Source: Amoebidium appalachense (taxonomy: Eukaryota; Protista; Ichthyosporea). Taken from it: a stretch of DNA of 64,000 nt. Below, piece by piece: positions 24,337 through 36,966 of the stretch. The position numbers and the translations under genes were made by a program. Positions within the stretch are counted from its first letter, which is position 1. Each line of letters starts with the position of its first letter. The notes below the pieces were generated by a model. The model ran no database searches, was not told the DNA's origin, and was given only the letters and a program-made list of their open reading frames with translations. The stretch is taken from positions 14,354,914-14,418,913 of the forward strand of contig CAVNZM010000003.1 of the NCBI GenBank assembly GCA_963693365.1, written 5' to 3'.

Positions 24337-27300
24337 ATTTGTGTGTGCACGCGCACGCGCGAGTGTTGTGACATAAACTTTCACCAAGTTTAGGGGTGTG
24401 TGTGTAAGCATGAAGTGTGTACTTGTGTGTGTGGGTGGCAGGGCAGGGAAGGCGAGAATGAGGGGCATGGCGAAGAAAGCCCAGCACTCACAAAGGCTAC
24501 AAGTAAGCACCCACCTCGGAGCGTGGATTCTATAAACAGTCCGCTCCATGCAGCCTGTCAACGATTCACCGTTATAATGTCCATCCGAATGACAAGCAAA
24601 CAACATGAAAATGGACACAACAAGCTGAGGGCTGACATTGTTCCATTGACACTAACAGAGAGAAACAAATAAAAGAGAATACAAAAGTTATCATTGTGAT
24701 AAAACCAAAACTCACAAGACTATTCACTGAAGAGAGGTAGAGAACCTGACACATGTGCAAGGCCATCGAGAAAACTCTACGTGACTCCATTCCGTCACAC
24801 TTTGCAAGTGCAGGTACACGAACAATGTGTGCCAAAGTTTCAAACGCGAACATTCATCTGTATGGAATGTAATGATGCGCCTAGCGCCAATGGGAGAGCG
24901 CCACTAAGAGATTCACGGCATCCCGCTTATTGGTTCCAGGGATGCGGATTGATACGGCGGGAAATACCTCGCCCAATACGCTCACGAACACCGTTTTATT
25001 ACAAATTCGGCGCCGACCGTACGGCGCCTATTCGGCACGACCAGTCGCGTGAGCAAGCAGCATACAAAATTATGAAATTCCTCAAAAAAGTCGTGGCTCA
25101 TCTGCAATCGGTCGGGCCGATTTCGCGCACCTCGACTATAATAGAAAATAGTCGCCACTACACGGTACCAATCGTCTAACTGCTGGTTTTATAGTGAGTG
25201 ACTAGATGTATAATTACTTAATTTATTTAAGTAAGAGTTTCTACGCTTTAGTTTAATCGGAAGTTGGAATGTGTATGCTCTGTCGGAATGTGTTTTTCTA
25301 TCTTCTGATAGAACCGATTGGTTCTCCCTCTTTAGTTGTGATAAGGTGATAAGTCGCAAGTACAAAAGGAACCGAGAGCACAATAAAGAATCAGTTGTTG
25401 TTTGAATCTTTCAATGTCTCGTGAACAACTCCGATTGCCCTCTCATTAATGTGTTAGTCGTGTTTTACATGACACCTCTGTGCACTCTGCTCCCTTAGAC
25501 CCGTACAAAACAATAGGTTAAAGGCCCATTTTCGCACGCTCTCGCAACACATACTCTCGCTGCAATCGAAAATATTCAAATTTGAATACCGATCTGATTC
25601 CTCTCTCACGCATCATCTGACTGATTGATCACCATGTCGGAGAAACCTGCGTATCTCAACCTCACCCCCTGGAAAGGGGATGACACCACGGACAAGAAGT
25701 CCGGCAAACGTCTCACCTATTATGAGTGGGAACCCGTCATCTTCAGGTACCTACGTACCACCACCGCGGCCAAGTTAGTGCCCGTCATCAAGGCCCCCGA
25801 GTGGGTCGACCCTTCCGACGAGAACGAGTGGCACGGCTATGACACTGAGGAGGCCTACACCGAGGCTTCCAACTTCCTTGAACAGATGTTTACTCAACTC
25901 GTCTCCAATTATGAGCTGTATAACTCTGGTCAAATCCACGATGATGTGTCACCTGCCCAAGCTTTCCACAACCTCCGTATGACCTATGCGGCTGAACGTG
26001 AAGATCGTGCTCGTCAAATCCTCCTCGACTACCATGAGCTTGAACTCAAGGACTTCAAGACCGTCACGGCCTACCTCACCATGGCACGCCGTCTGTGCAC
26101 TACCCTGCACATCCTCGAAGAGCCCATTCCTCACAAGACTATGGTTGATAACTTCTTCATCCACCTCAAGAAGAACCGTAAGTTAGTTTGTACCGACATC
26201 CAGGCCATGATTGCCGACTACTTCCGTCGTACCATCAACTACGAGACCTACAACCGTCTAATCAGTGACATCCGAGCTGCAGAGATCCGTGAAGGTCTCA
26301 TCGACTCTGGGTCCGGGTCCTCCTCCACCGTCCGAATAGCACGTGCCCTGCAAAGCCGTGTCCTCACCAAGGACGACCTCAGACACCGGATCCCCCGACG
26401 TGACAGCTCCGTCTCCCGTCACCCCCGTGGTCGTCCCACCGATCGATCCCCCTCAGTTGACCGTGATTACTCCCGGTCCCGTTCCCCCGGCTATCGTTCC
26501 CGGTCACCCTACCCCCCACGTAAAGGGGGTAACCGTCATTCCCAGCCACCCCGAGCCAAGACCACTGGCTCCCTCGACTGTGCCTACTGTCACGAAGACC
26601 ATCATGTCACACAGTGTGACCAACCTGGCTGCTCAATTGCCCGTCGTCACCGTGCCAGCACCAAGTCTGGAAAAGATGTGCATTTTGCCCTCGTGTCCAC
26701 CACGGCCTCCCTACCCATGGACCCCTGCTGGGACTCGGCTTCCAACGTGCACGTGTGCCCAGTAAAGGAGTACTTCTCTACTCTTGAGCCATGCCCCCCA
26801 ACTGACGTCCACGGCCTCGGCATCGTCACTGCACATCACCGTGGTGTCATCAACCTGGCCGTCACCTACAACGGAGTAACATCAGTACTGAGCCTCAACA
26901 CCCTCTATGTACCCGACTCCCCAGCCTTCCTGATATCACCCTCAATGGCCTCCAAGTCGGGTCTCCTTGCCCACCTAGATGATGAGGATGAATTCCCATC
27001 CTACCTCTACACTCGTGGTGGCAACATCGTGTGTTCCCTCACAGGCACAGATGGATTGTACTTCATCACTGACTATGAGATACGTCCCTCCATCCCTCGG
27101 ACCGTCACTGCTCTGGTAGCCAAGGAGCAACCTCCTGGTTTTATCCTCCCTGGCAATGAACACAAAGTCTAGAAACTCAAGAAGGCCATCTACGGACTCA
27201 AGCAGGCATCCCTGGCATGGTACGAGTTCTTCAACTCAATTCTCATTGCCCACGGCCTCACCCGTCTCCGTTCCGATCCGTGTGTCTACTTCCGTCAGTT

Positions 27301-29317
27301 CCCCAACGGGCACATCATCCGTTCGGGCAACTACGTTGATGATGCCATCATCACCTGCACACGGCACTCCACCATCATGCAGGGGCTTGTTCGTCACATC
27401 ACGAAGTCTGCCGAGTGCAAGGTCGGTCTGCCAGACATCTTCCTCGGCACCCAACTGCTGTACACCCGTGACTCCCTCAAGCTGCTGCAGTCCTCCTACA
27501 TCAAGGACATCATCACCGACTTCAACCTAGTCGATGCCAAGCCTAAGGCCACCCCTATTCCCGTGGGCACCATCATCAACGAGACCTCCCTCTCATCCCT
27601 GCCCACCACCGTCCCCTACCGTGAACTCCTCGGCCGTCTGCTGTGGGTTGCTCGGTGCTCCCGGCCTGACATCTCGTATGCCATTGGCTACCTCGGCCGA
27701 TTCAGCTCCAAGCCCACCAAGACTGCCTGGGAGCTTCTCCTCCGTGTCGTTCGTTACCTGCTCGGCACCATCAACCTCGGCCTCTACTACAAGCAGAAGG
27801 CCCCCAACAGCAAGGTGCCCATCCTTGAGTGCTACTTGGATTCTGACTTTGCTGGTTGCCCCACCACCCGTCGTTCCACGTCTGGGTACGTCATCCTCCT
27901 CGAAGGCACCCCCGTCACCTACCACTCCAAGCTGCAGACGATCACTGCAACTTCCACCTGTGAGGCCGAGCTCCTGGCCCTCAATGCTGCCGTGCAAGAT
28001 GTTGTCTGGCACCGTGATCTACTAAAGGAGCTGGGCTACCCCATGACCGAGCCCACCCCCGTGTACTGTGACAATCAGTCCACCATTGCTCTGGTCCACT
28101 CCAACACCATCAAGCACCGGACCAAGCACATTGCCGTTCGTTACTTCAACACCAAGGACTACATCAACAGTGGGGACGTCACTGTCACCTACATCGACAC
28201 CAAGAAGAACCTGGCCGACATCTTCACCAAGCCTCTGGCTGGTCCGGCCCACGACACACACCGTGCCAACCTCAGTCTCCGTGACTGACCCGTGCACTGG
28301 TGTTCATCATCGAGTGGTTTCTGAGTAGGTTGGGGCCCTGGACAGCAGTTGACACACCTACGGTGATCAAGATGCCTCCCAACGAAAGTCTACTACTCCT
28401 CATCGTTTCTCTTCATCAGTGGGGACTTAGTCTTACATCGTCATATGTGTGCATCTTCAGTGGGGATTATTCTCCACCATCCGTCGTTTATTTATATTCA
28501 TATCCCACCATATATATTGGTTTTCTTCTATATTCGACTTTATATATATGTCGAACTGGGATGGCGTCTGTTGTTTTGTACGGGTCTAAGGGAGCAGAGT
28601 GCACAGAGGTGTCATGTAAAAACACGACTAACACATTAATGAGAGGGCAATCGGAGTTGTTCACGAGACATTGAAAGATTTCAAACAACAACTGAATCTT
28701 TATTGTGCTCTCGTTTCCTTTTGTACTTGCGACTTATCACCTTATCACAACTAAAGAGGGAGAACCAATCGGTTCTATCAGAAGATAGAAAAACACATTC
28801 CGACAGAGCATACGCATTCCAACTTCCGATTAAACTAAAGTGTAGAAACTCTTACTTAAATAAATTAAGTAATTATACATCTAGTCACTATTAACTCACA
28901 TATATATTTATGTTCGTCTCTATAAAGAAACTTATTTAAATACATATATTTCCTAACAGTCGACACTCTCAAAGTGAAGACACTTTGCAATAAACCGAAT
29001 TCCATATATATCTATTGTCCAATCACAACACACATATATTAACAGACAGGAATGCACAACACAATCTACAGATGTACTCGCTCGCGACTATTGGCGAGCC
29101 ATCCTTTTGAGAACAAACTAGGCCATTTTGAAATAAAGGAAAGACAACGAGTGAGGCTAGCCAATCACGCTACCTCTCAGATAAACAGAGGAGAGCAAAT
29201 AGAAATAAAACACAATAAGTTCTTATCAGGCAAGAGAGCCAGGTGTGCACAGATCTACAGATATCTGTGCCCACAGAAACAAGGGAGAGAGAGATACGGG
29301 GGGGGGGGGGGGGGGGG

Positions 29318-29394
<77 letters not shown>

Positions 29395-30219
29395 GGAGAG
29401 AGAGAGAGCACAAAGGAGGAAAGCAGACACGAATACAAACAAGCTAGGACACATACATACTTCAAGGCTCTTGCTGTCATACATGGTGACGTATTCCAAC
29501 ATCCCCACTCAAGGGGTTGAAGTTTGTGTTCTCGTGTCTGTTGATGTGACGGTAGATGGGGTCCAAACACAGGAGGGGCCGTCACACTCAAGTTTCCCCA
29601 CTCGAGGATGCAAACCGAAGATCCTTGAGGTGGGAAGGAGAGAATCAAAACTGAAGAGGCACACAACGACGGTTGCCTCTGAAGACTCGAAATAAGAAAT
29701 CATGGTGGTTATCGGCGATATATATATATAGATAGGAAACACTAGTGTATGTGTGACGTGTTGGTGGCTAATGGTTTATACTGGGGACCACCCAGGTAAA
29801 CACAAGACATGAACATCTTGTGGACTGATTTATAGACTGGTGGTCAACCAGTTAAGACACGGGGAAGGTGCATCCCGTGGACTAGGTTTAGACTGGCAGT
29901 CAACCAGCACGTCATGGCTATAGATAATTATTTATACTGGGACGCCATCCCAGTTCGACATATATATAAGTCGAATATAGAAGAAAACCAATATATATGA
30001 TGGGATATGAATATAAATAAACGACGGATGGTGGAGAATAATCCCCACTGAAGATGCACACATATGACGATGGAAGACTGAGTCCCCACTGATGAAGAGA
30101 AACGATGAGGAGTAGTAGACTTTCGTTGGGAGGCATCTTGATCACCGTAGGTGTGTCAACTGCTGTCCAGGGCCCCAACCTACTCAGAAACCACTCGATG
30201 ATGAACACCAGTGCACGGG

Positions 30220-33200
30220 TCAGTCACGGAGACTGAGGTTGGCACGGTGTGTGTCGTGGGCCGTACCAGCCAGAGGCTTGGTGAAGATGTCGGCCAGGTT
30301 CTTCTTGGTGTCGATGTAGGTGACAGTGACGTCCCCACTGTTGATGTAGTCCTTTGTGTTGAAGTAACGAACGGCAATGTGCTTGGTCCGGTGCTTGATG
30401 GTGTTGGAGTGGACCAGAGCAATGGTGGACTGATTGTCACAGTACACGGGGGTGGGCTCGGTCATGGGGTAGCCCAGCTCCTTTAGTAGATCACGGTGCC
30501 AGACAACATCTTGCACGGCAGCATTGAGGGCCAGGAGCTCGGCCTCACACGTGGAGGTTGCAGTGATCGTCTGCAGCTTGGAGTGGTAGGTGACGGGGGA
30601 GCCTTCGAGGAGGATGACGTACCCAGACGTGGAACGACGGGTGGTGGGGCAACCAGCAAAGTCAGAATCCGAGTAGCACTCAAGGATGGGCACCTTGCTG
30701 TTGGGGGCCTTCTTCTTGTAGTAGAGGCCGAGGTTGATGGTGCCGAGCAGGTAACGAACGACACGGAGGAGAAGCTCCCAGGCAGTCTTGGTGGGCTTGG
30801 AGCTGAATCGGCCGAGGTAGCCAATGGCATACGAGATGTCAGGCCGGGAGCACCGAGCAACCCACAGCAGACGGCCGAGGAGTTCACGGTAGGGGACGGT
30901 GGTGGGCAGGGATGAGTGGGAGGTCTCGTTGATGATGGTGCCCACGGGAATAGGGGTGGCCTTAGGCTTGGCATCGACCAGGTTGAAGTCGGTGATGATG
31001 TCCTTGATGTAGGAGGACTGCAGCAGCTTGAGGGAGTCACGGGTGTACAGCAGTTGGGTGCCGAGGAAGATGTCTGGCAGACCGACCTTGCACTCGGCAG
31101 ACTTCGTGATGTGACGAACAAGCCCCTGCATGATGGTGGAGTTCCGTGTGCAGGTGATGATGGCATCATCAACGTAGTTGCCCGAACGGATGATGTGCCC
31201 GTTGGGGAACTGACGGAAGTAGACACACGGATCGGAACGGAGACGGGTGAGGCCGTGGGCAATGAGAATGGAGTTGAAGAACTCGTACCATGCCAGGGAT
31301 GCCTGCTTGAGTCCGTAGATGGCCTTCTTGAGTTTCCAGACTTTGTGTTCATTGCCAGGGAGGATAAAACCAGGAGGTTGCTCCATGTACAAAGTCTCGT
31401 CGAGGGGGCTGTTGAGGAAGGCCGTGCTGATGTCGAGTTGATGGATCTCGTGGTCCTGTTGCACACCGAGGGCAAGCAGGGCACGGACGGAGGAGGACAT
31501 GACGACGGGGGAAGAGTTTTCACCGTAGTCAACACCGTAGACTTGGGTGAAACCCTTGGCCACACCACGACCCTTGATCTTGGTGTCACCAGCAGAGTTG
31601 AGGACCTTCTCCGTGACAATCCACTTGAATCGGATGATGTTGGCATCGGAGGGGGGCTCAACTACGTCGAAGATGTCCTTGTCGATGAAAGCCTTGTACT
31701 CGGCAGTGAGGGCAGTCACCACTTCATCACCCTTGGTGCCAGAGCACAGCTTCTGAATTGACCGGGGCAGCTGAGACACATCAAGGCTGGGTCGGGAGAT
31801 GCTCACCATAGCCATAGCAGGCCGGGAGGAGAGACGGGAGGAACGACGGGGAACGGTACGGAGGGGCTCAGGGGCCGGGGGGTTGTCTGTGACAGACACT
31901 CGGTGGTCGGGGATGGGGGCCTGGAAGCCAGGGATGGGTGCCGTGTTGAGGGGGGAGTCGGATAACACGGGGCTGGACGGGGCCGAGTGGAACTCCGGAG
32001 ACCCAGGACGAACCGGGGTGAGATGACCAGGTACGTGGTCATTGACGGCAGGGGCCGGCAGCAGGGGTTGCTGACCGGTGGGGGGGGGGGTGGGTGGAGC
32101 CACGGGGGCAGGTACACGACGGGGGGAACGACGGATAATCACCCACGGAATTTCATCGTCATCGGAATTGGAATTTCCGGAATGCAGGGATGAATCGATT
32201 GAGGTCGTCTGATTGGTGGCCTGCACAGAAATCTGATTGGATGCCGTGGTGAATTGTGATTCGTCGAAGACGACATCGCGGTAGAGGTTGACCGTGTTGC
32301 CACGTAGATTCATGATCTTGTGGGCTTTGTTGGTGATATCCCAGCCCACGTAGGTGCCGAGTTTGACGGTAGAGGCCAACTTGTCTCGTTTGGATGCAGG
32401 GACGTGTACATAGGCTGGGCAGCCGAACACGTGCAGGTGGGAGATGTCAGGCTTGACACCGTAGAAAATTTCAAACGGTGTACGGCCATTGGCAGCTCTG
32501 GCCGGGGTCACGTTGATGATGTAGGCAGCATGCTTGAGAGCAGCTCCCCACAGTTTGGGGGAAAGGGAGTCGGCCTTGTCCTGATGAAGGAAGCACCGAA
32601 CGATCTCCTGCAGATCCCTCATCTTACGTTCAACGAAGCCGTTGAGTTGGGGGCAGTCAACCGGGGCAAATTCTTGAATGATGCCCTTGGACTGGCAGTA
32701 CTGCTCCATAGCGTGGGAGGTGAACTCGGACCCAGAGTCTGAACGGAAGTGGGTCACCACCTTGTCGGGTTGCTTGTCAGTAGTCTCAACCAGGGCCTTG
32801 ACGTATTCGAGAGTTTCGGATCGATCACGGAGGAGGTACACGATGGTGTAGCCAGAGGCATCACAGGTACACACGAGGGCCACCTTGTAGCCACCATAGG
32901 AGGCACAGGGAGGCTCGAAGAAGTCCATGTGCCACTTGGCACCGGGGAAGGGGCACTGGGTTCTGGTGCCGGAGAATGGGGCCTTGGTGGTCTTGCCGGA
33001 GACACAACCGAAGCAGTCAGTGGTGTCAGCCACTGAGAGGGATGAGGGGAGGCCTGTCACGAGGTCACCTCTCACCATCTTGGTGAGGGTGGACAGGGCA
33101 CGATGGCCGAGACGGTGGTGCCAGAGCTGAGGATCATTGTTGACCTTGACGTTGGCTACCAGAGCAGTGACGGTCCGAGGGATGGAGGGACGTATCTCAT

Positions 33201-34642
33201 AGTCAGTGATGAAGTACAGTCCATCTGTGCCTGTGAGGGAACACACGATGTTGCCACCACGAGTGTAGAGGTATGATGGGAATGCATCCTCATCATAGAG
33301 GTGGGCAAGGAGACCCGACTTGGAGGCCATTGAGGGTGATATCAGGAAGGCTGGGGAGTCAGGTACATAGAGGGTGTTGAGGCTCAGTACTGATGTTACT
33401 CCGTTGTAGGTGACGGCCAGGTTGATGACACCACGGTGATGTGCAGTGACGATGCCGAGGCCGTGGACGTCAGTCGGGGGGCATGGCTCAAGAGTAGAGA
33501 AGTACTCCTTTACTGGGCACACGTGGACGTCTGAAGCCGAGTCCCAGCAGGGGTCCATGGGTAGGGAGGCCGTGGTGGACACGAGGGCAAAATGCACCTC
33601 TTTTCCAGACTTGGTGTTGGCACGGTGACGACGGGCAATTGAGCAGCCAGGTTTGTCACACTGTGTGACATGATGGTCTTCGTGACAGTAGGCACAGTCG
33701 AGGGAGCCAGTGGTCTTGGCTCGGGGTGGCTGGGAATGACGGTTACCCCCCTTTACGTGGGGGGTAGGGTGACCGGGAACGATAGCCGGGGGAACGGGAC
33801 CGTGAGTAATCACGGTCAACTGAGGGGGATCGATCGGTGGGACGACCGCGGGGGTGACGGGAGACGGAGCTGTCACGTCGGGGGATCCGGTGTCTGAGGT
33901 CGTCCTTGGTGAGTACACGGCTTTGCAGGGCACGTGCTGTTCGGACGGTGGAGGAGGACCCGGACCCAGAGTCGATGAGACCTTCACGGATCTCTGCAGC
34001 TCTGATGTCACTGATTAGACGGTTGTAGGTCTCGTAGTTAATGGTACGACGGAAGTAGTCGGCAATCATGGCCTGGATGTCGGTACAAACTAACTTACGG
34101 TTCTTCTTGAGGTGGATGAAGAAGTTATCAACCATAGTCTTGTGAGGAATGGGCTCTTCGAGGATGTGCAGGGTAGTGCACAGACGGCGTGCCATGGTGA
34201 GGTAGGCCGTGACGGTCTTGAAGTCTTTGAGTTCAAGCTCATGGTAGTCGAGGAGGATTTGACGAGCACGATCTTCACGTTCAGCCGCATAGGTCATACG
34301 GAGGTTGTGGAAAGCTTGGGCAGGTGACACATCATCGTGGATTTGACCAGAGTTATACAGCTCATCATTGGAGACGAGTTGAGTAAACATCTGTTCAAGG
34401 AGGTTGGAAGCCTCGGTGTAGGCCTCCTCAGTGTCGTAGCCGTGCCACTCATTCTCGTCGGAAGGGTCGACCCACTCGGGGGCCTTGATGACGGGCACTA
34501 ACTTGGCCGCGGTGGTGGTACGTAGGTACCGGAAGATGACGGGTTCCCACTCATAATAGGTGAGACGTTTGCCGGACTTCTTGTCCGTGGTGTCATCCCC
34601 TTTCCAGGGGGTGAGGTTGAGATACGCAGGTTTCTCCGACAT
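30220..34642 (-). CDS. Copia-B gag-pol polyprotein; one extra G at ~33750 relative to copy A
   Basis: RS-rich gag, knuckle CAYCHEDHHVTQC, protease WDSAS, integrase WHHRLGH..CFGC / SDSGSEF / ERKMR, RT YVDD, RNase H YSDSD and ADIFTK. Copy A has G5 in frame where this copy has G6. Confidence 0.93.
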
Positions 34643-35052
34643 GGTGATCAATCAGTCAGATGATGCGTGAGAGAGGAATCAGATCGGTATTCAAATTTGA
34701 ATATTTTTGATTGCAGCGAGAGTATGTGTTTGCGAGAGCGTGCGAAAATGGGCCTTTAACCTGTTGTTTTGTACGGGTCTAAGGGAGCAGAGTGCACAGA
34801 GGTGTCATGTAAAAACACGACTAACACATTAATGAGAGGGCAATCGGAGTTGTTCACGAGACATTGAAAGACGGATTTCAAACAACAACTGAATCTTTAT
34901 TGTGCTCTCGGTTCCTTTTAGATTTTGTCCTGGTGCAGAGACTAGCGATCTTGCTAGCCTTGAGATCACAACCTAACCACTGCCGATGGTTGTGATGACG
35001 CCAATAAAGGCGTGCTGGCTTTTACCCCAGCGAGAAGAGGATGAGAAAAAGA

Positions 35053-35125
35053 TGATCCCGACGGGATTTGAACCCGCGACCCCTCTATCTCCGGTCGAGT
35101 GCTCTACCAACTGAGCTACGAGATC
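35053..35125 (-). tRNA. tRNA-like cloverleaf in the TRIM 3' LTR (anticodon loop CC-GGA-GA, probably Phe-derived; function unproven)
   Basis: GATCTCG-TA-GCTC-AGTTGGTA-GAGC-A-CTCGA-CCGGAGA-TAGAG-GGGTC-GCGGG-TTCAAAT-CCCGT-CGGGATC-A followed by TCTTTTT. All four stems pair, with one anticodon-stem mismatch; A and B boxes are intact. Confidence 0.8.
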
Positions 35126-35422
35126 GGTTAAGATCTCGCAGGCCACCAGCCGATCATGATCTGATTCATGCGATCGGACTGGATAACGATACCATCTTCC
35201 AACATCCCCACTCAGGACGAATCGCAGAATCAGGTTAGGGTGGACTGCCCCCTCAGTCCCCACTGAACCTCTGTTCATGCTACCATTTTAGATTTTGTCC
35301 TGGTGCAGAGACTAGCGATCTTGCTAGCCTTGAGATCACAACCTAACCACTGCCGATGGTTGTGATGACGCCAATAAAGGCGTGCTGGCTTTTACCCCAG
35401 CGAGAAGAGGATGAGAAAAAGA

Positions 35423-35495
35423 TGATCCCGACGGGATTTGAACCCGCGACCCCTCTATCTCCGGTCGAGTGCTCTACCAACTGAGCTACGAGATC
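35423..35495 (-). tRNA. tRNA-like cloverleaf in the TRIM 5' LTR (identical copy)
   Basis: Same 73-nt sequence, 370 bp away, in the other LTR. Confidence 0.8.
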
Positions 35496-36178
35496 GGTTA
35501 AGATCTCGCAGGCCACCAGCCGATCATGATCTGATTCATGCGATCGGACTGGATAACGATACCATCTTCCAACAGTTCCTTTTGTACTTGCGACTTATCA
35601 CCTTATCACAACTAAAGAGGGAGAACCAATCGGTTCTATCAGAAGATAGAAAAACACATTCCGACAGAGCATACACATTCCAACTTCCGATTAAACTAAA
35701 GTGTAGAAACTCTTACTTAAATAAATTAAGTAATTATACATCTAGTCACTATTAACTCACATATATATTTATGTTCGTCTCTATAAAGAAACTTATTTAA
35801 ATACATATATTTCCTAACAGTCGACACTCTCAAAGTGAAGACACTTTGCAATAAACCGAATTCCATATATATCTATTGTCCAATCACAACACACATATAT
35901 TAACAGACAGGAATGCACAACACAATCTACAGATGTACTCGCTCGCGACTATTGGCGAGCCATCCTTTTGAGAACAAACTAGGCCATTTTGAAATAAAGG
36001 AAAGACAACGAGTGAGGCTAGCCAATCACGCTACCTCTCAGATAAACAGAGGAGAGCAAATAGAAATAAAACACAATAAGTTCTTATCAGGCAAGAGAGC
36101 CAGGTGTGCACAGATCTACAGATATCTGTGCCCACAGAAACAAGGGAGAGAGAGATACGGGGGGGGGGGGGGGGGGGG

Positions 36179-36244
<66 letters not shown>

Positions 36245-36800
36245 GAGAGAGGGAGAGAGAGAGAGCACAAAGGAGGAAAGCAGACACGAATACAAACAAG
36301 CTAGGACACATACATACTTCAAGGCTCTTGCTGTCATACATGGTGACGTATTCCAACAGCGTCCCAGTATAAATAATTATCTATAGCCATGGCGTGCTGG
36401 TTGACTGCCAGTCTAAACCTAGTCCCCGGGATGCACCTTCCCCGTGTCTTAACTGGTTGACAACCAGTCTATAAATCAGTCCACAAGATGTTCATGCCTT
36501 GTGTTTACCTGGGTGGTCCCCAGTATAAACCATTAGCCACCAACACGTCACACATACACTAGTGTTTCCTCTATATATATATATCGCCGATAACCACCAT
36601 GCTTTATTGTTTCAAGTCTTCAGAGGCAACCGTCGTTGTATGCCTCTTCAGTTTTGATTCTCTCCTTCGCACCTCAAGGATCTTCTGTTTGCATCCTCGA
36701 GTGGGGAAACTTGAGTGTGACGGCCCCTCCTGTGTTTGGACCTCATCTACCGTCACATCAACAGACACGAGAACACAAACTTCAACCCCTTGAGTGGGGA

Positions 36801-36892
36801 TGTTGGAATACGTCACCATGTATGACAGCAAGAGCCTTGAAGTATGTATGTGTCCTAGCTTGTTTGTATTCGTGTCTGCTTTCCTTCTTTGT

Positions 36893-36966
<74 letters not shown>

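Larger units (their letters stand above)
34916..35574 (-). mobile_element. TRIM-like non-autonomous miniature LTR retrotransposon with a tRNA-like gene in each LTR
   Basis: Two identical 289-bp direct repeats (34916-35204, 35286-35574) and an 81-bp non-coding interior. PBS TGGTAGCATGA (35285-35275), PPT TGAGTGGGGA (35214-35205), TSD GTTCC (34911-34915, 35575-35579). Absent from the sister LTR at 28569-29501. Confidence 0.93.
28569..36358 (-). mobile_element. Copia family B copy B, full-length, nested in the 3' UTR of copy A
   Basis: LTRs at 28569-29501 and 34762-36358 (the latter contains an insertion), TGTTG...CAACA ends, TSD GCGTC at 28564-28568 and 36359-36363, PPT GAGTGGGGA, PBS GGTTAAAGGCCCA. 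Confidence 0.97.

Noticed and set aside
24781-24875. PHD-finger-like fragment (VHEQCV...FICMEC)
   Set aside because: Too short, and no supportable exon structure or upstream cysteines in frame.
30483-31761. Long alternative-frame and antisense ORFs over Copia pol (also 37713-38991)
   Set aside because: Shadow ORFs caused by strong GC3 codon bias; no recognisable domains.
17215-33755. Programmed ribosomal frameshifts in the Copia gag-pol genes
   Set aside because: All shifts fall in G/C homopolymers, and a sister copy is in frame at the same site, so sequencing indels are more likely.
35053-35495. Two ordinary host tRNA-Ser(GGA) genes
   Set aside because: No long variable arm, C at position 33, an anticodon-stem mismatch, and both copies lie within the LTRs of a TSD-flanked insertion.
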